From Kudoa neothunni (taxonomy: Eukaryota; Animalia; Cnidaria): a stretch of DNA of 64,000 nt. Under the pieces are notes generated by a model, which saw only the letters and a list, made by a program, of their open reading frames with translations, made no database searches and was not told the origin of the DNA. Within the stretch, counting starts at the first letter, position 1, and every line of letters starts with the position of its first letter. This document shows positions 11,733 to 25,175 of this stretch, in pieces. The position numbers and the translations under genes are program-made. The stretch is from the NCBI GenBank assembly GCA_964304625.1, contig OZ199839.1, forward strand, positions 4,087,224 to 4,151,223, given 5' to 3'.

Positions 11733-14700
11733 TCGAGGTCATTCAATGCTCACAGATCACTTCTAGTGAAATCAAGCTGAAAAATGCAGACGTTGCAGGA
11801 AATAGAAAAAGCATTTAAATAAAAGATTCATCGATACAGGCGAAGAAGTTTATCAAAAATCGCACGAATAATCGCATTATTTCTGGAGACTTATTCTTAA
11901 AATGTTTATTATCATCGCAAAGAAGAATAAAGTTCAAAATTATAAAGAAAGCGAGGGATGTGTAGCGAAGTTTTAAAAAAATTTGGAATCATTTTTCAAA
12001 ATTTTCATGATGAAGTTGCGTGTAGTATTCTTGCATCTATTAACCCTTCCGGTACCAACTGGGGTATTTAAGTGACCCCATATTATCTATTTTGTTTCTA
12101 AATCCAAAAATCAGCTTCTGATAGTCTTCAAAATTTCAGAATACCTCAATTACTATTATTTCGATATTTTGATGAAAATATTTTTTACAATATAATTAAA
12201 TCTAATAAATAGATTCAAAAATAATACTAGAGTTAATTTTTAATGCATCGGATTAGTTTTCTAATGTTACATATTTGTTTTATAAATATCAAAAATAGCT
12301 TTATTCCCCAACAAAAATTTGAAAATATCCGTTCTATTATATGAAAAAATGGTGCGCCTTTCTAAATATTACCGCCTCGCGGATTAACGAGGATTAATCC
12401 GATTACGCCACGCGCTTAACATTTCTTGTGGATATTGAGGTAGCAATTGTTAAATAACTCTTTTTGAGACATCGGTAATATTTAGTATGAGACTAGACCA
12501 AACCATTGATGATGTTGAAAAACTTATTGAGGATTCTTCTTCTGTAGATAATGATAGTTGCTCAGAATACGAAATATCTGAATCAGATGATTGCGGTGAA
12601 GATGATTGTGTTATTAGTGATATAGATAGTGATGAAGATTTCCAAAGTGACGTTAAATTTGCTCAAGAAAACCCGAATAATGATTCTATTTTTTTTTCCC
12701 GTCTGGTCTTGAGTGGTCCAAAAGAATTTGTTCGAAAACGAAAACTAAATCACACAACATCGTTACTTCATCCTCAGGCATTTTAGATTAGGCAAACAAT
12801 ATAACGTCCATTTTTGATGCCTTTGAATTGTTTATGTCGGATGATATAATTAATGAGATAGTAAAATACAGCAACAAGTACTGCGAAGAAACTAACCCAG
12901 AGACACACACGACAATAACTAAAAATGAAATAAAAGCATTTATAGGCATATTAATCGCTGCTGGGCGTTCAAATGGTAAGATGCTTGCTCATAGGAATAT
13001 GTGGGATGGTAGTCCATTATTCAAACAATTATTCTTCCCCACAGTGATGTCCAGAAACAGATTCACTTATATTTATAGAAAAATCCGTTTTGACGATAAA
13101 GCAAATAGAATTTATCGGTTTCAAATTACAAACGACAAATTCGAACCTTGCCGCCAAATTTTCGATCTGTTTAATGAAAATTGCTTGAAATATTATTCAC
13201 CAGGCACGCATATTACAGTGGATGAAAGGTTAGTAAGGTTTAGGGGTAAATGTCCGTTTTGGGATCAAACTTTGGGTGGCTGCAGACGTAGAAACGTCAT
13301 ACCTATTAAACATTCAACCGTATACTGGGAAGATCGGTGGAACAAGGGAAATAAATCAGGCTGAAAATGTTGTCACAAGACTTGTCTCTCCATTTTATAG
13401 AACTGGCCGAGGAGTGACCGTAGACAACTTTTTTACATCCGTTTCTTTAGCCACGAAACTCTTCAAAGAGAACCTGACATTGACAGGGACAATTAGGTCG
13501 AATAAACGCGATATCCCCAAAGAATTTTTAAAATCGCCACGCCGAGAGGTTTTCTCCTCTCTGTTCGGGTTTTCTGGTCATCTTTCACTTTCTTCCTATG
13601 TACCCAAAAAGAACTATGCGGTCAATATATTGTCTACCGAATTTCATGATTCTTCAACAGAAGGCACATATAGAAAAAGACCAACGGTGATTCTTCACTA
13701 TAACAAAACCAAAGGTGGTGTTGATAATGGGGATAAAATGACCCAGTCATACTCCTGTTCGCGACCTACTCGTAGATGGCCACTGAAGATTTTCATGGAA
13801 ATCATTGACATGGCTGCGTTGAACGCATATATTATTTGGATCCAAAAAAAATTCTGATTGGAAAAAAAATGATCGTAGCAAGCGACAGAAAATTTCTTCG
13901 CGAGCTTGCTATAGAATTGGCAACACCCAATGTAGCATATCGTCGTGAGAATTCCCATACTCTTCAATCCCACATAAAGTATGGTTTCCAATTTTTTGAA
14001 ATCTCTACCAATAATGACGATTTGACGATGTCTGAATCAAATTCCACTCAGCAATCAAAGAGAAATAGATGCCATTTTTGTCCTCGGAATAAGGATAAAA
14101 AATCCAGCCTGAGATGTTTCAACTGCCTCAAGTTTGTTTGCATAAAACATAGAGTAAAAAGAAATATTATTTATTGTTTAGATTGTACCGATTCTTTGGA
14201 ATAAATCGTGTTAATATATTTTTTTATTCGGCATATGGTTGCAGATTATAAATTATACACAAATTTTCACTAGTAATTGAGTGCGATGTGTAATTCATTT
14301 TACGATCTCTAATGCATTATCATTTATGACATATACAATTTTGGTCTATTATAATAAATAAATTCTACCCAAGGCTCAACGGATTCACAATTTTTAATTT
14401 ATACACAGTCATGCCATTTGGGAGAAAAAATATCGCCCTGTTGAAAAAACGAATAAAATTAACCTCGCTACAGAGGAAAGAATAATTTTGTTTACAAAAT
14501 AATTCTCTACTTTGAGAAATTTTACCAAATATGACTCGTAAAATTAAGAAAATATCTACATAAAAGTAAATATTCTAATTTCTGTTTTCGCTACTATTTT
14601 GCGAATTTCAAAAATAATAAAATAATGACAAGGCGAAAGTGATTTTGTTGTACAAATACATATTAAAAATAATTACGTACAAATATGACAGATATGTTGA

Positions 14701-16813
14701 ATATTATTTTTGGTGCCTTAAACACTGATGCTCAAATAATGCAAACTGAAGTCACTGCGCCATTCATTGTTTAAAAATATTATTATTTTGTGTATTATTC
14801 CATGGATGTAACTATTGACACGGCAAATAATATTTAGAGGTCACTAATTTTGGCTATATTTAATTATTTATATCACATCGCTTCGCTTTTGCCTGTCAGG
14901 AATAATTAAATAGAGCAGATTTTAAACGATTAAATCTATACAAAGTTTGTGAGTAAGAGTCGCTGAGATAAAAAATTTATATTGAGTAAGCGTACATGCA
15001 GTTTATGACTAAATTTTGTGTCTATAGCATCTGCCTACTAAAATTTAGGAAATAATATAGATCAGCATTGGATAATAGAAGTCTTCGCTCATATAGCTTA
15101 AATTTGATCAAAGCGGCAATCACACCGATCCATCATTAGCTACGGATTCACCAACTTATGCCGAAAAGCGATGAGTATTTAATTGCTGTGATGGTCATTA
15201 TTTTTTCTAATTATTCTTAATTTTTTGATCATTAGTCTTCCATATATCCTGTTTCGGCATAAAACTGATAATATTTGCTATTTATGCTACATTTTGATGC
15301 ATTTGTATCATTGTCTGTGCAATGGTTTTCGTAATGAACAAAATGATTTATGTATAGGTCAAATAATAAAAACTAATTTTATTGGGCATGAATTATCATA
15401 TTTGTGTCTCTTATTTTTGGTGAAATAGTTTCTAGCAGATTGAACAAGTTTAAGGTGTAATTCGGCTGGGGTACGTTAGTGACCCCAGTTGGTCACCCAC
15501 GTTCTGTTATCGTAGTTGGTACAGGAAGGGTTAATTGGTGGATCTATGAAAACAAATATTTGATAAACACCTGTAGCCCAAGAGATATAATAAATATTAA
15601 TGATACCATTATGTTTTATGAGCAATTACAGAACAGCAGTTACGTATTAAAGGAAGGAAAGTGACATAAAGGATAAAGTTATCAAAAAAACATAACGATT
15701 TTGGTATCACATTTTTTATGTGGAGAAAATTTGCCATTAATAATTGGAAAATAATGAAATCCTAGGTGCTTCAAGCGGATTAAAACATACCCTATGAGTA
15801 TTGCGCTCTAAAAAATTCCTCGATGATTTTGGCTATATTTTTCAGGAAATGAACAAGATAAATTCTAAAATGGCGGCGAAGAACATAAAAATGCCAATCT
15901 TGCTGAGCCAGTGCCCAGCACATCCAAAAGAAATCTTTTGTTATGGCAATATAGATCTTTTTAGCTAAAAATACAACATTTATTTTCCAACAAATACATC
16001 TAGGGGTGATTTCATTGTTTTAAAATTAGAAAAAAAATAATGTGTACTCTTATGATATTATTTGATGATTCATCAAATTCTAAATATACTTTACTTGATG
16101 CAATTTTAACTCCGAAAAGCATGGCATGGAATTGCATCAAAACAAAAATTATTGTGAACATTTCAAAAAATCCAATATATTTTATGAAAATAAAAGCTAA
16201 TGCGAACATTTAAAATAATATCTATTGTGTTAGGACAGGGAGACGGAAGGTGATGATAAAAAGGACCAAATTATAAATTATAACCAAACTTTTAACATTT
16301 TTATTATTGATAAAAAAAAAGAAGACTACCTTTAATGATGGCATCGTTCTTAATTGCGAAGGCGAAAATTACAATTTGCATCAACCACAAAACTCCAGTT
16401 CAAAGTGAAATAGAATCTGATGATGTACGAACAAAAGTTTCGATAAAAGATGTTAAATAAACAGTAAATATATTAAGAAAAGCACTTATTCAAGGAGCTA
16501 CATCTCTAATCTTAGCTCTTACACCAATAATGAATCAAATATTTAAATTATCATCTAAAAAATGACATCAATTGAAAATTATTTCATTTAGTTATAAAAA
16601 TCGATATTTTTGTTCTTGTCGACTTGAAATAATTGTCTTATACATAAGATAATTAATTAATATAGATTAGAACTTAGATAAACGTGTAAAACAAGTTTAA
16701 ATAGAGCATGTTTTTCTGGTACGCGCGTGCGCATGTCTCGATATTGCTTAAAACTTTTTTATTGCGTAATTTTTTCGCAATCCCAAAATTTACGAAATAT
16801 CCAATCTCGACTG
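11342..16813 (+). mobile_element. Highly decayed pogo/Tigger element containing a piggyBac
   Basis: TIR CAGTCGAGATTGGATATT at both ends with TA TSD. Relic transposase motifs on both sides of the piggyBac (KASEG-like and FHDEV before; SPRDIININDT after). Confidence 0.8.
12044..15530 (+). mobile_element. piggyBac element (PGBD4-like transposase pseudogene)
   Basis: TTAA TSDs, TIR CCCTTCC(G/T)GTACCAACT, subterminal palindromes GGGGTA..AGTGACCCC. ORFs 12487-14204 contain ITVDERLVRFRGKCPF, VTVDNFFTS, YNKTKGGVD and a C-terminal CRD. Frameshifts, a stop, and a deletion at about 13260. Confidence 0.95.
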
Positions 16814-17869
16814 TACCATTAGGTATTATAATCAGGGAAACACGATATCTACCAGATTTTGCATCCAATTCTGGATTAATGTACAACCAAACATAGATGA
16901 GCGTAATAGATATGAAGTAGTGCGAAATGTTGATTTTAGATAAATAGGACGCAGAAATAATTTATAAAATAAAATGATATCTCCAAATAACCTATCATGT
17001 TAGTTTCTATTAATATTATAAATGCCTATTGTTCTGTTTACTGAACAAAACTTTCAACTTAAAAATATTAACTTAAAAAAATGTTATCCAACAATTTTTG
17101 TTTATTCTTGATTAGAATAATATATATATTAATAAAAAATATTTTTTTAAATGATACATTAAAATTAAGGCATAAACGAGTTTATACCAATTAAAGTAAA
17201 AACTGTTGGGATGTCAAAATGACGAATAGTTGCAGATTCATCTCCTTTTCGTGATAAATTTTTATAATATCTAGTGATTTAATATTTTTCTCAAATTGTT
17301 TTACTAATATTGAAAAGATTAAGCATATCTGAAGATTACGAAAAATTCTTATGTAGGCTCGAAAAATAGGTAACAAATGCATGAAAAATCTATAAATGAG
17401 GATTTTTCGTAATTATAAAATATATCTTTACTACAAATTTATTCACCAGAATGAATATTTTCGTAATATTCAGTCAATCTTTTAATGCCGTATAAAGGTT
17501 TTAATCTTTAAACATGATAACAAATTCGAAAGTACGAAGAATCGGTTAACTACAGAAAGGTCTCGATATAGCGTGGTTTTCCATTTTTCATTATTATTTA
17601 TTTCTGAAAATTGAAGAATCTGGATAAAACTACACTTTAAACTTTATTAAATCTCATATAGGCTGCTAATTTCATTTATAAAGTTGGGATCATCGAGAAT
17701 AGAGGGTCTCGCTATTGCGTGGCTTTTTTCAGGAAATAATCCGCTTAATCTCCGCCCTTTGATGCGTTGGAAAATTTGAATTGGGTAGGTGTTAACCAAA
17801 TATAAATGAAAAAAAAGAAAATTATTCAATATTACAAATCTATATAATTAATACAACAATCAAAATCTA

Positions 17870-18890
17870 TGATTATTAAGAATTGAATTTGCCAAATAGC
17901 TAATATCACCCGATGGATATTGGGTCAACATAAATAATTCATCTCTCGATGGGATATTTTCAAAGGAAGCAGATACAATTAGTTCAAATATTTCCATTGA
18001 TCACATAGGAATTAACGTATGAAAAAGATAGCGAGCTTGAAAATTGCCTTCACAATTGGATTGTGCTCCAGCGAGAGAAAAAAATCTTTTTCTGGCTTTC
18101 TAATTAACAAATAAACTGCAAATAGTAGCCAAAATACTAAAAATTAAAAATATATTGTTCAGTAAGTGTTTGTTTCCAAATATCAAGATTAATCACTTTT
18201 TGAAGAACATTATATTGCATGATAAAGTTGGAAGTATTGATATAAATACCGTATTTGAATAGATCTAAAAGGTTCCTGAAGATTTACACAGGTAAAAACG
18301 TGATGAAATTATTAGTTCGGACGAGAATGCTTTCATCTACGAACAGTTGTGGCAATGAACATATACCACTAAAAAATGAAATCGATTTGAAAGGAATGAA
18401 GTTCTCGACAAAGCGAGTCACCATCTTGGTAATTACTCCATTCACCGGCGAGAAATTCCTTCTGCAGGTCATAGGAAAATTGAAAAAATCATCTGGTTTT
18501 CGTGGTGTCAATAACCTCCCAGTAAATTATCTTTTCCAAAAAATGGTTAGCTGTCAGAAGCTATATTCTTTGAAATTCTTGAAAACATTGATAAGCAGGT
18601 TGACGAATAAAAAAGAAAAATTTATCTTATTTTTGATCGATGGAAACCTCATCTTCAATCAATGGATCCATTCAATTATATCGAAATGTGATTACTTTCT
18701 AAGAATACTATATACTATTGTTACCAAATCAATAGATTTTGTGATCATCCATTATTTGAAAGTCTAACTGCAGAAAATCATTCGCTAGTCAGTTTCTTTT
18801 TAATGATTCTACGAAAATGTTCCAATATATTATTTTTGAGTGTCCTCGTACATTAAAGGCAGAGTAGGAAATGGTGACGAGTTCAATTAT
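17870..18890 (+). pseudogene. Possible decayed non-LTR retrotransposon (L1/Tx1-like) ORF2 C-terminal part
   Basis: Broken reading frames ending in a zf-RVT-like remnant (ENVPIYY../IIFECP at about 18810-18850). No RT core visible. Confidence 0.3.
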
Positions 18891-18895
18891 TGAAA

Positions 18896-21800
18896 GGAAG
18901 TGGCTTTATCTCAGGTACCTGATAATCCGGTCGGCCTCAGGCTATATCTCAGGTAATCAATATCTCTAAAACTACTCAATATTGTTTATGCATATTCCAC
19001 ATATCATCTAATGTTTATCTAACTTAATTTTTCGTAAAGTTTTGAAAAATTAAAAAAAAAATTTTTCTTTGTGTGACCATACACAAGTCCAACAGCAGCT
19101 GGACACGATTCTTTATTTTTTTAATATAATTTCATCAATTAACATCATTATACACAAAATATAGAAATAATAATAAATTTCTGAGTTATCTATAACTTGG
19201 GCGCGCAATTTCTCTTTCTAATCAGCGTGGCACAGGATGAGTTCAAATATGTTTGCAATTGGAAAACGATTTCATTCCTCCGAGGAACTCGATAATGCTA
19301 TAAAAAATTACGAAGAGTCAAACTTTTTCAATCTTTATAAATATCAAGCGAGGACTATTTCGAATATTTGAAATAGAATTACAAAATCAATGAACCAATC
19401 TCTGCGGTATTATGAAATTACATATCGTTGTATTTTCAGTGGCAAGAATGAAACAAAATCCGATGGAATTAGAAACAAACCGGCTTTAAAGGGAAACTGC
19501 CCCGTGGTTTTATCTATTAGGACCTCTATTGATGGTGTAGCACTTGAAGTACGTTCTAGTATATTAGAACATAATCATGATTTAAGTGCAGTGTTATATC
19601 GAGATCTCCCAAAACAACGAAAAATTGACCTAAATGACCAAAATCTCGTGGAATTAATTCACCTTAGGGCCAATAAAAAATTAATTCAAAATAAAATTTA
19701 CAACGAAACGGGTAAAAACATCCGTTTGTAATCCATACACAATATTAGAGCAAACAAAGACTCATTCTGTGATAACCTACGTGTAATAGAGAAAATGTTG
19801 AAAGAAGATTTCAAATGTTACGTTAGGATTTTATATGATAATCATAAAGTCGTTAATGGAATTTTATCCTGAGGTTATGTTCATTGATGCAACTTATAAA
19901 CTCCTTAATTCAAGGTAACTTTTGAAAATGGATGAATAATTTTATAATTTTAGGGCCTCATTATACATATCTGCTGGGGAGGATTCTTTTGGTTTGACTC
20001 ATACTTCGAGTGCCTGCATTCTCTACGAAGTGACAGAAGATTCCATCCAATGGTTTCGTAGTACTTTGGCAGAATTGATACCAAACTTATCAAAAAATGT
20101 ACATGCCATTGTTACAGACAAAGATGAAAAGCTAAGAAAATGTCTCAAATTAAGTTTTCCACAATCATCATTCATTTTATGTAAATTTCATGTGAATCAA
20201 ATTTTTCAAAGACATATCGCCGTTAACAAATTTGAAATATTTTCTACTAAAAGACAAGAGATTTTAAGTTGTTTACAAAAAATGATGTACTCAACTGATT
20301 ACAATGAATATTTGCATTATGCTGACCAAATTCACGATTTTAAAAATCCCAAATTAAGTGAATATTTCAAAAGAAATTGGGAAGGAATATACGATGGATG
20401 GGTTATTGGTATTAGCAATACGAAAAAATTTTACGACAACGAAACCGATAATCGCCTTGAAGTAATAAATTCCCAAATTAAAAGTGTTGTCCAAAAATTC
20501 AGCTCGTTGGCCAACTTCATCCAAGGGTTTTTTTTTAAATTCTAAGTTCACTTATAATTGAAAGGGAAGTTTCTTCAGTTGGTCAACTGTATTATGGACC
20601 AAATGAGATTCTCAACAACAAGCAGGATCTACACTATAAAAAAATGTCTGACAAAGTATGCATTTATCATGCTTCAAAAAGAACACAAATTCTTGGACAA
20701 TGCTGCATTATCCTCTAACTCAAATGAAACCACAGGTCGATTAACGCGTCTTTGTTTATTTTATCGCTCATTTTCATTACCATGCCGCCATATTCTAAAC
20801 TATAGGTTATCAGAAAAACTTCCGTTATTTTGTAAAACATTGTGCAACGATCGATGGAAAAAGGCATATGGAATGAAGTTTTTAAATGCGGAATCTACGA
20901 CTCAAATAATACAGAAAATCTTCCTACTATTGTTCTTGAAAAGAAAAAAAATTAACATAAAGACATTTGGACAAAAAATTGAAGTACATGTCAAATTTTG
21001 CAACCAAACTAGCCACCGCAACTGCCGAATTTTTCGAAAAATCTATAAATCTACTGGAAAAAATAATTAAAGTCACGATGTCATGGTTATCGATCAGTTC
21101 CTTGATACATGTGATTTTTGTTTATAAATGAAATATTAAATTTTATATAGTTAAAGATGAAACTGAATTTCAAGAAAATGTACACAATTTATAATTTGAC
21201 TTTACTAATAAAAATTAGGAGTTATCGATAAATTTAATAGAAATCTCACCTACCAAAATACCAAAACTTAATTCCAGTGATGATTTTGGTCCTCTGGAAG
21301 AACAAATTGATTGTAACGATGAATCAAACGCCAACGAAGAAGAACCTCAATTAAAAGGTTAAACTTAAACAAAATATGTTAAATTTTGTTTAGATCTGGT
21401 GATTCCCTCGAAAGTTAAATCGATTGGTCGACCACGAGGAAATCGTTTAACTGCAATCAGAATTATAAGGAAAAAAAATAAAATTATAGATTTAAAATTA
21501 AAATTAAATATGTAAAAAAAATTTAATTTTGAGAATAATCCCCTACATGTGTCATATGAAAGCTGTTTAATTGAGTGATCGCTTAAACTAATATTTAAAT
21601 CCATTATTAGTTTTATTTCATATAACGTGAAGAATATTAATTTCTTAAAAAGGGACAAACATTATTATTTCTATATTTTGTGTATAATGATGCTAATTGA
21701 TGAAATTATATTAAAAAAATAAAGAATCGTGCCCAGCTACTGTTGGACTCGTGTATGGTCACACAAAGAAAAAATAATTTTTTTTTAATTTTTCAAAACT

Positions 21801-21904
21801 TTACGGAAAATTAAGTTAGATAAACATTAGATGATATGTGGAATATGGTCAAACAATATCGAGTAGTTTTAGAGATATTGATTACCTAAGATATAGCCAT
21901 TACC
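18896..21904 (+). mobile_element. MULE element with long TIRs and ZSWIM1/3-like transposase pseudogene
   Basis: Inverted repeats longer than 230 bp (18940-19175 vs 21660-21898), near-identical flanks TATTGAAA/TATGGAAA. Motifs F.S.EELD.AI..YE, EHNH, FIDATYK, IVTDKD, LCKFHV, TDNRLE and SWIM-like LPCRHI. Confidence 0.93.
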
Positions 21905-24532
21905 TATGGAAAATTCTTTCGACAAATATCCGATATTCAGAAATAGTAAGATTAATTAATAACAAAGTTTTAAACATATATTATGACAAATTTGACGTAA
22001 ATATTAGTCGTATAGAAATGCAATAATTGGTGATACGTAATAGAATTGGTTCATTTATAATCTATTGCTACATAACATGAATGAGATTGCTGAATTGAAA
22101 TAAGGAAAAGTTATACACGAAGAAACAAATAGTAAACCTTATATAAATTTCCCAGGATCAACAAAATGCAACATTGATGCTAATTATTATTAGGAAAATC
22201 AAATAGTTTCGATATGTGACCCAAAAGCAAAGCAGTCATAAATACTGTTGGATAATCATTTGTGTTTGAAAATCCACCTTCATTATTTCATAAATATCCT
22301 ATATGAATGCCTTATATAAAAAGTATACCGGCTGAACAAAGATAAAAAATTGATTATTTCTTCCATGCAAAAAATAATAATGCGCATGATCAAACCCTCG
22401 ATATTGGGTGGGTCCTGCTATTGCGTGGTAAATTGCTACTCCCAAAAAATCTCGTTATATCGAGACCTTATTTTATTTGTATAAGACAATAGCCCCTTCT
22501 TTTTCGGGAGGCGGAAACTACTACTATATTACAATTTAAAATTTTATAAATTAACGTATTATTAAATTTTAAAAAATAATGGAGATTATATATGAATTTT
22601 TAATATGCGTTGGTAAAAATAGTTGAATTAATTAAATAAATTATTATACAGTTCCTGGACTACGCTTATAAGCAAATTGAGTGAAAGTAATAAAAAACAA
22701 GTAATGTTTTTATTATAAAGATGAAATATTTTAAAAAGAAGGAATAATCCCAAATTTAAAAAACTTTTGGTTCCTTGGTTCAAAAAAAGTACGATATGAG
22801 GAAATTAAATTTATATATGAGGCTGTCTTCGTTGATCCAATAACCATTTCTAACCGGATAGCTCAAACAATTATGACCAGGATATTCTGCCAATTGTATC
22901 TATCAAATTAATGAGATACCTTTGTTAAACCAAAGACCAAGCGGTAAAAAACTAAAAATTTTAACATTTTAAGTAATCATGGAAAAAATTATCTAGAAAT
23001 AAATAAAAATTACATAAAAAATTTTAAGTTTTCAGAAAAGAGTGTTAAATTATTTAAACATGATAAATATATATTATCTTTTTATGATCTGTTGTTTTAA
23101 ATGGATGATCATTATTTTTATTATACTCAAAATGCGACACCTAATAATTTTTATAGCTTTTACGTGCTCCTGAATCCGCGTATAATTGGTGAAATGACTG
23201 ATTTTACACATCTTTTTCCTCGTCCCAAAAAGGATTACGTGAACTGGTTATCCATAAAAATTAGTTAATATTAAATAAATAATAGTAAATGAATACGATT
23301 TCGAGACAGTTTTAATTCACAAGCAAGCGATTTGAGAAACCTATAGAATTTTGATGTTTTGATCTCTTATGTAAGCTCTTAAATCTAATTATATCAGTCG
23401 TTTAAATTTGTAATTTAGAGGATTAATCAGTTTAAAATAGATTGATATTTACTTCGTCAAAAATAGCACCACATGGTTTCTTTAGATTGAAGCATCATAA
23501 TTATTTGTTGTTGAGTTTACTTTAAAATATATGCAATTATATCAATCAAAATGCTTACAAATTAATCTAAACCTTAATAAAATACGTCAATTGCGTTATA
23601 TAAGTCTCTATTGTATATTTTTATTGTTCTTTCTTCATCCATATTTAACGCAAAGATAACATAAAACATTCTTATGAGATATTAAAAAAGATTCATTTAA
23701 TCTAACATTTTATCAAAGAAAATGCGTTTTATCTTATTTAATCACTTAAACATTACCATTTTGTTAAAAAAATTGTTTACCTCAATCATTAGATGGTTAA
23801 TTGATCGTTTCTATCATTTTAATTTAATACAAATTTTTTTTAATAATTAAAATTATATATTTTGCGGAAAATAAAAATTTCACTGAATTATATAAGGGAT
23901 ACTTAATCGATCTATACACAACTAAAGTCCTCGATCTGGATATGAGAAAAACACATTATCAGTGATGACGAGTACTAAAGCTTTTAGTATTCTTACTTAA
24001 TTAATAAAGTAATATCAGGGAAACTTTAACGCATGCTTCAGAAATAGTTTAAAAACTAAAAAATAAATTTCTGAATAATTTCAGTTACAAACCAACGTTT
24101 TCACTATCAAATCAAATTCTACCATGAAAATTAGGATTCTCCGAATTCAAACACAAATCGATTAAATTATGGGTTGGGAGGAAATATGTATTTACACTCG
24201 CTCCACTATATATTCATTTTATTAATCGCGTTTATGGCGGAAAGCTATTGGATATCCAAATTCTAAATATTTACTGGATTATAAGAATAAAACAGACAGT
24301 GATTTTTTGAAATCCACGTAAGAATATAATCAAAAAATTATTAACAGGGATAATTAAACGAATCCGATAAAAAAATACATCTAGGATGAAACCTAAAAGA
24401 GTCTTCTATTTTGAGGAAGGCCAACAAATGTACAGCGGTCAATTTATTAAAAAATACAACGATTCGAACACAACAAATAATAAACTATCACAAAAACTCC
24501 GCCGAAAGAGATCGGGAGAGAGCCAGCTAATA

Positions 24533-25037
24533 TTATTTGTCCTTGGAGGCCTCCAACTCTTTTCGTGTGGTATCCTGGAGTAACGACACATCCACATCAC
24601 TCGGTGTCAGATGAATATATCGTATAACACTCCCTCTTATGAAGCAGTTTTTTATACAAAGCTAAACCACCATTACAATAATCCATTACCAAAACAACAA
24701 AAATTGTCACCATGTGAGGAAATCTTTTCGGATCAGTCGGGGTTACATTTGTTATTTTAATATTCATATACTATAGACATTGATTGCTATCAACACCAAA
24801 ATAGTCTAATATAAAACTACCTGATCAACTGATACCAATGTTCCTTGAAGACTAAACAAATAAATACATCAACAATATTAGACATTATCAGCCCATAAGT
24901 TTTATAATGATTAAAGTAACCTCATATCATTTTTCAAATCTACAACCACATCTTTTCCAACAAGCGATTTAAAGAGAGAAAAGAAGATCTATTTTATTAT
25001 TTACTTTTATAGAAACAAATCGAAATAAGGTTACCAT
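24533..25037 (-). CDS. LSM2: U6 snRNA-associated Sm-like protein LSm2 (5 exons)
   Basis: Spliced product M|IFFSLFKSLVGKDVVVDLKNDMS|LQGTLVSVDQ|YMNIKITNVTPTDPKRFPHM|LCIKNCFIRGSVIRYIHLTPSDVDVSLLQDTTRKELEASKDK* closely matches LSm2. Confidence 0.97.
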
Positions 25038-25175
25038 CAGGAAAGCGCTAACGAAGTTTTCCGTTCCTGATCGACTATTGTAGTGTACTCGTTCATCTCA
25101 TTCTAGTTTGGAAAAGATCTCCGTTTTATTGGGCTTTTTTGTAGAATTAAGACCACGTATTTTTATCAACTATAG
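25038..25175. promoter_or_regulatory. Probable bidirectional promoter between LSM2 and TYW3
   Basis: Only 138 bp separate the two divergent ATGs. Confidence 0.65.

Larger units (their letters stand above)
10917..16845. mobile_element. Non-autonomous Tc1/mariner-superfamily element, outer shell of second stack
   Basis: Inverted termini TCGTGTTTCC / GGAAACACGA followed by TA, with internal repeated TAGGTCTTATTTT-like motifs that continue across the inner insertion. Confidence 0.6.
17553..22473. mobile_element. pogo/Tigger-type non-autonomous shell enclosing a LINE relic and a MULE
   Basis: TA-CAGAAAGGTCTCGATATA at left and TATATCGAGACCTTA at right; internal repeat GGGTC..GCTATTGCGTGG at about 17704 and 22410. 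The same TIR type recurs at about 38323. Confidence 0.5.

Noticed and set aside
12487-14204. Domesticated PGBD gene
   Set aside because: TIRs and TTAA TSDs are still present, and the ORF has a stop, frameshifts and a deletion next to the catalytic region.
18255-18767. 170-aa ORF as a standalone gene
   Set aside because: Non-ATG start, no domain, and it lies in broken coding-like DNA inside a TE stack.
23960-24075. GTGATGA plus hairpin GAGTACTAAAGCTTTTAGTATTC as a C/D snoRNA or ribozyme
   Set aside because: No convincing terminal stem, guide sequence or hammerhead core; expected by chance in AT-rich DNA.
24386-24583. 65-aa plus-strand ORF and adjacent GC hairpin
   Set aside because: Overlaps the LSM2 last exon and 3' UTR in antisense; no match to an snRNA I can recognise.
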